In this document: in pieces, positions 52,041-61,943 of the stretch
Layout: each line of letters opens with the position of its first letter
Numbering within the stretch: the first letter of the stretch is position 1
Source: Chiloscyllium plagiosum
Taxonomy: Eukaryota
DNA: 64,000 nt
Direction of reading: 5' to 3'
Assembly: GCF_004010195.1 (NCBI RefSeq)
Contig: NC_057719.1
Location: forward strand, 64,860,819 to 64,924,818
The notes under the pieces: model-generated
What the model was told of the DNA's origin: nothing
Seen by the model: only the letters and a program-made list of their open reading frames with translations
Database searches by the model: none
Made by a program: the position numbers and the translations under genes

Positions 52041-52588
52041 AACACTAATGGAACTGATTGTGCTTGTATGTATAAGCCTGGGTTTGCAATGAAGACCAAA
52101 ATCAAAGAATTATCCCCTAGGTCACTCCTGTGTTGCAGTTGAAGATTGACTTTGAATGTTGCAAACCAGTTAAAATAGGAATCAGGACAACGGAACTTCA
52201 ATCAGCATATAAAACCAAGAATCTCTAAAATGGTCTATTCGGTTGTTAATGTCAATATTTCTGATAATCTCCACAGTATTGGCTGCAATGTTGAACTTTT
52301 TGTGAAAAATTCAAATGATCTGTATGTATTTCTTGAAAGCTTTTATCTTTTTGGACTGATCTCTTATTTCCACTTTGAATGGCTATATGTTAGCCAACTC
52401 TTTGTTAACTCAAAGCCTGGTTAAATTCGCTTCTTTTGAAGCACAGTTCATGAGGGTCTCACAAAAGGGGATCCACAACGGAGTGGATCCTTTTTAAAGT
52501 AATGTTTTTGCAATCAATTAAGGGGCAGAGTGAGTAATGAAGTGAACCAGTTCATCCCTTGTCGTTGGGAGCTTAACTATCATGCTGT

Positions 52589-52722
52589 CTGAGGAAGGGT
52601 CACTCGACCCAAACATTAGCTCTGATTTCTGTCCTCAGATGCTGCCAAATCTGCTGAGGTTTTCCAGCAGTTTCTATTTTTGTCTCTGATTTACAACATC
52701 ATCAGTTCTTTCAGTTTTTATT
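52589..52722 (+). mobile_element. PLE terminus subfamily 2 with a hammerhead-like motif
   Basis: ctgaggaagggtcactcgaccc-aaacattagctctg; starts exactly at CTGA. Confidence 0.75.
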
Positions 52723-54569
52723 GTGCTATTCTATCTGAATTGTAATGAATCGTGGAAGCTCTCCTGGGATCATAATTATGGTAGTAATAATAATGGTTTC
52801 ACAAAATATATGGTAAGTACCCACATGTGCCCACAATTTGTAATAGCACTATGCTGTTCAAATTTCACTGCAGCAATCTCTGTTTGAGATGATTGAAGTA
52901 TTTGATGCTTTGATTTTATTAGGATCACTGTAAGCACACATTATTTAGTCTGTGCCAAAGTTGCTGACAGAGGAACATGATTATAAAAACAATTCTGAAA
53001 TTGATGTTAATTTACAGAACAAAGTTACCTAGAACGAGGTCACTTTATGGATTGTGCTCAGCAGCAACCCTATGTGGAATGAGAGCTGGCAGTCTGCCAG
53101 CAATCAGCAGAGAGTTTTAAAAGCTCTGGCAGCTGGATACAAGGGCAAGTTGGGCATGTTTACCAATATACAGTTGAATCTTATTGCTGATGCTTTCAGT
53201 TTTATAATACAAGATAATAATATGGTATTCTTTGCTTTCAATGATTATTATTTAGTTGATTTGCTTTAATCATTCTAGTTTTGTTATGTTAGTGTATGAG
53301 TCAGACATTTCACTTCGGCTTATAATCTGCAATGTGTGTCTTTGATACAGATTTAGACCTTTATAGAACTGTCTTCATATCTTGTTGCTTAAAATCAATT
53401 CCCATAAGCATACGTTGCACCTTTCAGTAGTCACTCTGTGCAGGAGTGCCCACACTGAAGATAAGCAATCAAGCTGTTAAGGGTGCAGGTGAACTTCTAT
53501 CACTGAGCGAGAACAGACCACAGTGAATCAGCCACCTTTTACACTTGGCAAAGAAAATAAAGCAGTATATAAACCACTATTTTATTAAGTAGGATTATGG
53601 TAAGGGGGCGTAGGAACACTTTTGCGCTGGGGTCTTCTACTCATCTTCCATAACATGGGTGAAATAATCACAGCTATCACGGCAGAATACAGCACTTTGT
53701 TGGTGTTTCCATGATCAAAGTTACAGCAGAGAACCTCTTTTTTTAACTCATCCCATTAAAGTGCAGATTTTTGCCAAATATTCAAATTTCAGCATCTAGA
53801 TGTACAGAAAAAAAGTTCATAGAAGTTATTCTTTGTAAGAATCTTTTAAGCTCATACATTTGCCAGAAACTTTGCTTTTAAATTGCAAAATGCTGCTTAA
53901 AGGCTTGGCAAATTCAAACTACTTTCTCATGGCTTTTGGTGTGGGAGTGTCATTATGTAATTTAAAGCATTGTAACTGACAGGGAGGGAAGGAAATAAAG
54001 TAATTTGTCTGACAGTATGTTGGAATTCTGTAGAATTGCTGAACTTTAACCCAATCCAGATGTCAGCTGGGGGAGGGGGAGGGTCTGCGCCCATTATTTA
54101 GTACAAAATCATTAATAAATGAAATAACTTCTCGGGATTCGTTGTAACTACTGGACATTTTTCATTCTAAACTTCTTTTGAAGCTGAATTTTTCAGACAT
54201 AATAAAGGATACTACGTACAAATGGATAATGCTGTCTGCAAAACTATGAACTATTACTCAATATGGAGTCTTAGAAAATTCAGGGAATTTAACAAGAGTA
54301 TGACAGATATTTGCTTATAGTGATATCTTCACCATTAATAATTTCACCTATTAATTAGTGTAACACAACACTGTAATCTTTGACAAAAAATAAATGCTGT
54401 TTAATTAAATAGAACTTAAAATAAATAGGTATATATATTTGAATTTTCCATTGCAATACCCAATGCTGTTCAACTTTTGCATGATGGCACTATGAGAAGA
54501 TCCTGTTTTAAAGCAGTCATGATGCTGAAGGGACAACTAGAAAGATTTTATTCCAAAAAGGTAGCATAA

Positions 54570-54870
54570 CTGCAAGGAAAACAACAGATGCTAGAAGTAC
54601 TCAGCAGACCAAGTAGCACTGTGGATAAAGAAATACTGTTGATGCTTCAAGATGATGATCTACCCTCAGAACTGAAACAGTTTGAGAGGTCACAATTTTT
54701 AGCAAGTACAAAGGGAAGGAAGGATGTGAAAGAACAATGAGAACAAAAGGCAGATCAGTGATAGGATAAAAACGCACGAGTACAGAATGACAAAAGGTGC
54801 AAGGAACAAGGTGATGTACTGGACATGTCAAGAAACAAAAGCCAGGTCCAGCGAAACTATAAATGGGATT
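54570..54870 (-). mobile_element. Old PLE-terminus-like fragment
   Basis: aacagatgctagaagtactcagcagacc..gcttcaagatgatgatctaccctcagaactg. Confidence 0.5.
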
Positions 54871-55121
54871 GGTTCAAATACCTAAAATAAATGCTGTTTA
54901 TGTGTTGAGATGCTGATCACTATCAGCTTGTATTTGGAATAGTTTTCTGCCATCATCCACTTTTCTTGATGGTTTTAAGTGTCTACTTGATTAACAGTGG
55001 TTGAGGGAAATCACTATTGAGTCTAAACACAAAGAGGCTTGTGCCTAAAATATGGTGTAGGTTATTGTATAAAACACAATCAGGTGCATGTTATGTTAGT
55101 AAAATAGACATTGTCAATAAG

Positions 55122-55215
55122 AGAAACAAACATAGAAGATGGTGGAGAAACTCAGCAGGTGTGGCAGCATTTCTGGAGAGAGAAACAAGCATTAACATTT
55201 CAAGTCCAGGATGAT
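55122..55215 (-). mobile_element. Old PLE-terminus-like fragment
   Basis: gagaaactcagcaggtgtggcagcatttctggagagagaaacaagcattaacatttcaagtcc. Confidence 0.55.
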
Positions 55216-56381
55216 CAGTCATTAGACTAGACATGGTTTTGCAGCCAGCTTGGTTCAGCACAAATCGATCAATCCTTGGAAGAGAAGTAATTGTGTTTAA
55301 TGTATGAGACTTGTCAGAGTTAGTCAGGCAGGCCCTAGTGAGGTTATAGATTGTGGGGGACTGGGAGAGTTTGGTTATTGTTGAGAAAGGGGGGAGGCTT
55401 TTCCAAGGAAGCGGCCCTCATGAACCTTCAAGGGGGCTCTTACCAATGATCGAATGAGGCCCTTTAGTGACCATTAATTGACCACTTAAGGACTTGACTC
55501 AACCTACAATTGGCAGGGCCATCTTCACTTTCCACTGCTTGACTGAATGAGAAGGAGTTGGCAAAGTGCCAAACATTCCAGTCTCTTTACCTTCCCTCCC
55601 AGTTGTGTGCACTGCAGCTTCGACACCCAAACTCTCGGGAAACTCCTGAGGATGAAATTGAATTCCGACCTAAATGTGGAATTTAATCTAATCTGAAGCT
55701 TCTAACTGACATTGAAATGAGATTTTTCTGCCCAGGAGCCATTGCTCTATTTCGTCCCAATGTTGTGGCCATGTTCTGAGACCAGATTCAAGTGTAATTA
55801 GATATGGCCAGAATTGTATCAAAACTCTGACTGTCCCTTTGTCAGGGTTGAAAGCAGAATATGAGCCAAGGTGGTTGACCAGCAGGACCCTGGACAACAT
55901 TTCAATGGTGGATGCCATTTAAGAGGACTCCGTTGGGGGTCCCTGCCCGTTTAAGGTTGGCAGCCCACCACCCAGAGAGGGCCCAATCAGATGGAGATGA
56001 CTGCTGCTGTTGGGGCTACCGGAGGAAGAAGAGCAAGCAGCTAGCAGGCCTTGCTGATTGGAGGTGTGCACCATGTAGTGGCAATACCATAGCTGCAGAG
56101 ATTGCCATTGCCATCAGTGACCTCTCTGTATGCTATGGATTGGCCATAAAGGAATATTCCCACCCAGGGACCTGCTGGTTGGCTCTTGTGGGCAGTCTCC
56201 CAATGCAGTAGCAGCCTCTCCTAATGCAGGTAAGATGCCAGCAGGGATGGAAGTGGCTGAGGATTGGTTTGAATGGTTTAATTAGGTGGTGGGTGCCTAC
56301 ATGACTAAAGTTCCACCCCTGAAAATGTCCCATGGCGAAGCGAAGATATTGGGCTCCCCTCCTGATGTTGTTTTACAAGAT

Positions 56382-56688
56382 GAAGTGCTTCAGAGAACAC
56401 CTCTGGGACACCCGGACCAACCAACCCAACCACCCTGTGGCTCAACATTTCAACTCCCCCTCCCACTCCACCAAGGATATGCAGGTCTTTGAACTCCCCC
56501 ATCTCCAGACCACAACAAAACGACGGTTGGAGGAAGAGCGCCTCATCTTCCCCCTCTACCTTTTATCTTAGCCTGCTGGACAAACTTTCCTCATTCCTGA
56601 AGAAGGGCTTATGCCCGAAACGTCGATTCTCCTGTTCCCTGGATGCTGCCTGACCTGCTGCGCTTTTCCAGCAACGCATTTTCAGCTC
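56382..56688 (+). mobile_element. PLE fragment: GIY-YIG endonuclease C-terminus plus 3' terminus with hammerhead motif, 13-bp TSD
   Basis: ORF 56332..56571 FREHL..HPVAQHFNSPSHS..DMQV..RRLEEERLIF is typical of the PLE GIY-YIG domain C-terminus. TSD tgttttacaagat at 56369-56381 and 56689-56701. Confidence 0.9.
56593..56628 (+). ncRNA. Minimal (type I, PLE-associated) hammerhead ribozyme motif
   Basis: CUGAAGA-A-GGGC(UUAU)GCCC-GAAA-CGUC; palindromic ACGU in place of helix III; predicted cleavage after GUC at 56624; helix I is weak. Confidence 0.72.
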
Positions 56689-57129
56689 TGTTTTACAAGA
56701 TAACCCAGCCCATTTTGAGAGGGCTAATAACATTCAGTCAATATATAATTGCATAGGAAAGCCGCACAATATGCTGACCAATGAGAAACACTTCCATAAT
56801 TGAGCCTGTGCTTGCAAGGTAATCCATCAGCATGTATCTTTTTGAAAGCAAGAAATATCCAGCTGATGGGCTGGTAACTTGGACACCGTATAAAACTTCT
56901 CAGCATATGTGATGTTGAGCTTTATGGACATCTATGCAGTTAGCATTTGGTTTCCATTCAGTAGTATCACTGTGATTCGACTTCTGTTTTATCCCACATT
57001 AACCAAATTAAGAAAGATGCTCCTAAATAGTGAAACTGTGAGAAGTTGGCTCACTTATGCAGATATTCTTAGTGAGTTTGGTCCATTTGGTTGTCCAAAC
57101 CTATGAGTGATTTTCCTCCACGGACAGTA

Positions 57130-57235
57130 AAATTAGAATTAGATTTTATTGTCATGTGTATTCAAGTTTAGGAATGCAGGGGTACAGTGAAAAGTGTACA
57201 AAGTCGCCATTCACTGGTGCCATCTTGGTTACAAA
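57130..57235 (-). mobile_element. 3' end of the unclassified retroposon family
   Basis: aattagaattagattttattgtcatgtgta..tacagtgaaaag..gtcgccattcactggtgccatcttg. Confidence 0.6.
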
Positions 57236-57534
57236 ACCATAATTTAAAAAAACACAAAATAATTTTTAAAGAAGCAGAAGTAAGAGAAAAAGAGTCAAAA
57301 GGAATGAAAAGAAGGTCCAGATCTTAAAGAAAGAGAAGCATCTAAATGTCAATTCCTTTTATAATTGATATAAAATAGGAAAAAGTTACTTTATTACAAA
57401 CATTGGGTCACTGTGGTGGCTTACGGTTCACTCATGAAGTCTGAGTTGCTATGGTCATGTATTTTAATAGGTATAGCCAAGCAACAAATCAGGAAATGGA
57501 TACGGAGCTTTTCTTTGACAGCAACACTCATCAG

Positions 57535-58160
57535 TCATGAGCCACCATTTATTGCCCATCTCAAATTGCTCTTGGAAAGGTGGTGCTGACTTGCCTTCTT
57601 AAACCACTGCATCCATGTGGTGCAGGTACTTCAACAGTGCTGCGGAGGAAGTAGTTCTAGGGTTTCACCCCAGTATCACAGGAAGGATCATTGACATAAT
57701 TCCAAGTCAGCTTGATGTTTGTGTCAAACTTCTAGGAGACGGTGTCCCTAAGCACCTGCTGTTCTTACTCTTTTAAATGGATTTGGAAGGTGATGTTGAT
57801 GACCCTAGGTGAGCTGCCATACAGTTTCTTGTAGATGGTATACACTGCTGCCTCTGTCTGTGAGTAGTGGAGGGAGTAAACTTTGAAGGTATTAGATGGG
57901 GTGCTAATCAACCTGGTCACTTTATCCTGGGTGATATTGAGCTATTGAGTGTTGCTGGAGCTGTAAGTGCACGACATCCATTGCACTGGGCCTTCTATCT
58001 GGGTTCTGCAGTCAGGAAGTGAGTTATTTACTGCAAAATTCCTAATCTTTGACCTGTTTCTGTAACCACAGTATTTATGTGGCTGATCCAGTTCAATTTC
58101 TGATCAATGGTAAATGCCAGGATATTAATTGTAGGGGATTTAACAATGGTCATGTCAGTG
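57535..58160 (-). mobile_element. L2-like LINE fragment
   Basis: catttattgcccatctcaaattgctcttgg..gccttcttaaaccactgc. Confidence 0.75.
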
Positions 58161-58199
58161 TATGCAGTGCTCTGTAACATATTTTGTTTGTTGTAATCA

Positions 58200-58830
58200 T
58201 TGCAGAATAGTTGATAGTTGCGGTGCAGTCATTGTCAGTTTCAGGGCAGCCTTTTTAATTTCAGTGTGGTTGTTGTCAGTTTCAGTGCAGACATTGTCAG
58301 TTTCAATGTCTGCGTGGAAGTCCATTGCTGTAGTAATGAGCGCTAATCACTCTTCCTGAGAAAAACGATTTATGCGGCCCTCGCTATTAACACATTGTAT
58401 TGAGTCTGTATCAAACTGTTAGCATTTCTATCAAAGGTGTTGGCTGGACCCAGACACTTTGACGGACAGTGTACGTTGCTCCTGTGCATTCTCTCCCCCA
58501 CATACCTTAAACTATCAACTAGGTTGTGAGTCCATTGTGCTGGCATTCTGGTGGCCCCAAGCAGTATCTGTGTTTGCTCTGCTGTCTCTCTCCACATTGT
58601 GGTCTGGTGGCCATCTTGTGTGTCAAGTGGCCAACTTATGGTTTAGCGGCCATCTTGTGTGTCCGTTTGCCTAGTGTCACCCTGCCCCGTGCCATCTAGT
58701 ACTTCACTCCACAACCACCTGATGAAGGAGCAGCATTCTGAAAGCTAATGCTTCCAAATAAACCTGTTAGACTTTAGCCTGGTGTTGTGTGATTTTTAAC
58801 CCAGCCCAACACCGGCATCTCCAAATCATG
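58200..58830 (+). mobile_element. PLE-like terminal repeat, subfamily 3, with short internal repeats and a hammerhead-like motif
   Basis: ttgtcagtttca x3; ggccatcttgtgtgtc x2; cac-CTGATGA-A-GGAG..-GAAA-GCTA at 58716-58747; ends ccaacaccggcatctccaaatcat. The 5' boundary is uncertain. Confidence 0.6.
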
Positions 58831-59773
58831 TTGTCTGGAGTTATGGATAATAGTTGCAGAGATTACAATGTTCTCTACATCACATGGCATGTCTCCTATT
58901 CTTACCAGTTACCTCTGGAATGTGTTAGTGGGTTTTTTTAGTTACAAGTGCTCTTTCTTTGGCCATGGAATCCAAGGGTGAGCCTGGAGCCTGAAACCTT
59001 GAGCTCAGAGTCAGAAACACTACCTGGTATGCCACAAAGGCTCCTCGTTAGACCATACATCAGTTAAGGTACATAAGCAATAATTGGACATAAAGTAGTG
59101 CCATTAACTAGAGTGTAAGATTTATACAGCTTCCAGAATTTTGAATGTGATCGTGAAGTTCCACTTAGATTCCACAGTAGACATCAACACCACCATCAGA
59201 GAAGTGGAAGAAATGTGCATGGAATCACAGATGAAAGTGAGTTTGAGACTATCACCTGGCAAAAATATTTTGAAAGAAAAACAGTTTAGTAACATTTGTG
59301 AAATTTGTTCATGCCTTGGACTGGATAGTTCCTCTTTATTTTGTATTTGTGTAGAGTTGTATTTAAAAGACGTTGGCAGTAGTTGTTCAGTTGTAATGCT
59401 GGACACCATGCCAGCTTACCTTCATTCTAAATTGTAATCATTACTCAATCATTACTTATGATGTAAGTGGTTATTTTCTGCTCATTTGTGTGGAGGTGGA
59501 GTGAATGTTAACTGCAATAAAATTTCATGTGGCCATAACTCCATCATTCTTAAAGTCAGTTGAACAAATTTTTCACATGGAAATGTTAAATGGATCAAAA
59601 GAGAAATGGTGCAGAATGGAATTCTCGTAAGTTAATGTGAGATAAACCAGTAATAGGGATTTTATTGAACTATGGAATCTTACGGCATAGAGAGTGTCCA
59701 TAGCTTCTATTGTGTCCCACTAAAATAGCTGAGACCTATTGAGATTGGAATTACAGTAGGCTTACATTAGCAT

Positions 59774-59905
59774 CTCCTCCCACATTCTTGATGAAGGACT
59801 TATGCCCGAAACGTCAATTCTCCAGCTCCTCGGATGCTGCCTGACCTGCTGTGCTTTTCCAGAGCCATTCTTTTTGACTCTGATTGTTAGCATCTGCACT
59901 TTCTC
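59774..59905 (+). mobile_element. PLE subfamily-1 terminus with a ~13-bp TSD
   Basis: cttacattagcat (59761-59773) / cttacattaacat (59906-59918); tgatgaaggacttatgcccgaaacgtc. Confidence 0.82.
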
Positions 59906-59917
59906 CTTACATTAACA

Positions 59918-60215
59918 TGTCCCAAACCTCCAACCTCTACCACCTTGAAGAATAAAGGCACGAATGCATGGGAACTCCAGCACCTTCAGTTTCTATTCTA
60001 GGTCATATACATCCTAAGGTGGTTGTTATTCCTTTAGCGTTGCTAGGTCAAAATCTTGGATCTCCCAGTAGTGCACAGCATTGTGAGAGTACCTTCACCA
60101 CATAACTGCAGTGATTCAAGAAGTCAACTCATCATTACCTTTTCAAGTGAAATTAGGTATGGGCTATAAATGCTTGACTTGCTAGTGACACCCATACCCC
60201 AAGAATGAAAAAGTT
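59918..60215 (+). mobile_element. L2-like LINE 3' end
   Basis: cccaaacctccaacctctaccacc...gggctataaatgct..cccataccccaagaatgaa. Confidence 0.7.
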
Positions 60216-61089
60216 AAAAATAGTTAATTGTTTCATGAAATATTTGTATTTTTAGCAATGGCTGTAGACTCTGCTGATTTTAGATGGATGATGTTTCAGA
60301 ATTTCTCCAAGAAAACACTAGATGGAGCTTCCCACTTCAGGGGAATAAATTGAAATGGAAAGTGAATACTGTTCTTATAAATTTGGGCCATCATGTATAA
60401 TTAATGTCAGGGTTAGTAGGAGTGTGTCAGATTGGCTTTGTTTACAAAAGAATTGGCATAAAACAACTCTACTGGATCAAGGACAAATTAGACAATAAAA
60501 TACTAGTCACCTACCTACAATGTGTTGGGCTAATAATATTATCATAAGAAGGCCAAATTTAGTTCCACGATGAAAAGGCATTTCCAAGTAGTTATGAATC
60601 TGTTGTCGTAATCGCCATTTCAAAATAAATTCTACTTCCTTAATTCACCTATTCCATAATGTTACTCCCTAAAATACAATTTGCCATGTTGCAAAAGGAA
60701 AACCAAGTAGCATATTTAAAAGTACTGGACTTCATGTCTGAAGCAACTGAATAACCAATATTAAATAGCAATAGATCTGAACCTATTTATAGCTAAACAA
60801 AACCTGTATTCCAAGATTCATTCAGCTGGTTAATAGTGCTGTGTGAACACGAATAAGGTGTTTTCATGCTTTGTTTCACAGATACCAGTGATTACTCTCC
60901 ACTAGTGCCTTATCAATACCAAGAATCATCTGAACAAACTGGATGTGAATAAATATAAAATAAATTAATCAAATGGACAAATACTGTGACATGATTATTC
61001 ACATGGATAATGGATGATATTTTTGTAGGGAGAAGCCAAACAGTTACTGAAGGAAACTCCATAAAATATATGCCTGAATGTTATACTCA

Positions 61090-61500
61090 AATAGAGTCAT
61101 AGATGTCTACAGCACAGGCAAAGGCCATCGAGTGTGCGCAGGTCAAAAGCAACCACCTAACTATTCTAATCCCATTTTCCAGCACTTGGCCAGAAGCTTT
61201 GTATGCCTTGGCATTGAAGTGCACATCTGAATACTTTTAAATATTATGAGGTTTTCTGTATCAACTACCCTTATAGGCATTGACTTCCAGACTCCCACCA
61301 CCCTCTGGGTGAAAAAGAAATCCTCACATCCCTCGAAACCTCCTGTCCCTTATCTTAAATCTGTGTCCCCGGTCATTGATCCCTCCATCAAGGAGAAAAA
61401 ATTCCTTCCTTCCACTTTGTCTATCACTTCATAATTCTATGCATCGCAATCATGTACCCGCTCACTGTCTTTTGTCCATGGAAACAACCCCAGTCTAGCC
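61090..61500 (-). mobile_element. CR1-related 3' fragment
   Basis: atagagtcatagatgtctacagcacag..ttccagactcccaccaccctctgggtgaaaaa. Confidence 0.75.
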
Positions 61501-61511
61501 AACGTAATAAA

Positions 61512-61940
61512 ACACGGAACTGCGAACACTGGAAATCTTAAACTAAAACAGAAATTGCTGGATAAACTCAGCAAGTCTGACAGCATCTGTGAAGAGAATA
61601 CAGACTAAATATTTCAAGTCCAGTGACCCTTCTTCAGAACTGGTAGTAGCTAGGAAAAGTTGATGATGGTGGAAGTGGAGGGGGAGGGCTGAGGAGGAAG
61701 GAAGGAGTAAGGAGATAGAGCCCAGAAAGACAGTGAGACAGGCAAAGGGATGGCTGATAGCAACCCAGACAAGGAGAAAATCTAATAATGGGACAAGTAG
61801 GTGAAAATAAGTTGATTGTGCTGAAAGCAAACCATGTCGTGATAGGATCTGGAGTGCGGGGGGTGAGGAAAGAACTTGAAAGGAAGGGTTCAGGCCCTAA
61901 AATGATCAAATTTAGCATTGAGTCCTGAAGGTTGCAGGGT
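61512..61940 (-). mobile_element. PLE 3' fragment (subfamily 2-like) reaching the ORF end
   Basis: Minus strand reads gggacc..caaccttcaggactcaa (GT.QP.GLN-like ORF end) and later cagttCTGAAGAAGGGTCACTGGACTTGAAA. Confidence 0.7.
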
Positions 61941-61943
61941 CCC

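Noticed and set aside
54068..54084. G-rich tract as a G-quadruplex (also 5857-5876)
   Set aside because: Too few or too short G-runs and no context suggesting function
55310..56360. GC-richer patches (also ~6890-7230, 7620-7880, 34880-35150) as promoters or exons
   Set aside because: CpG-depleted and more like old degenerate interspersed repeats; I could not define ends or a family
59122..59437. Overlapping ~95-aa ORFs with an internal AAA|GTGAGT donor at 59236/59237
   Set aside because: No recognisable protein motif and a poor acceptor context; cannot be supported without a homology search
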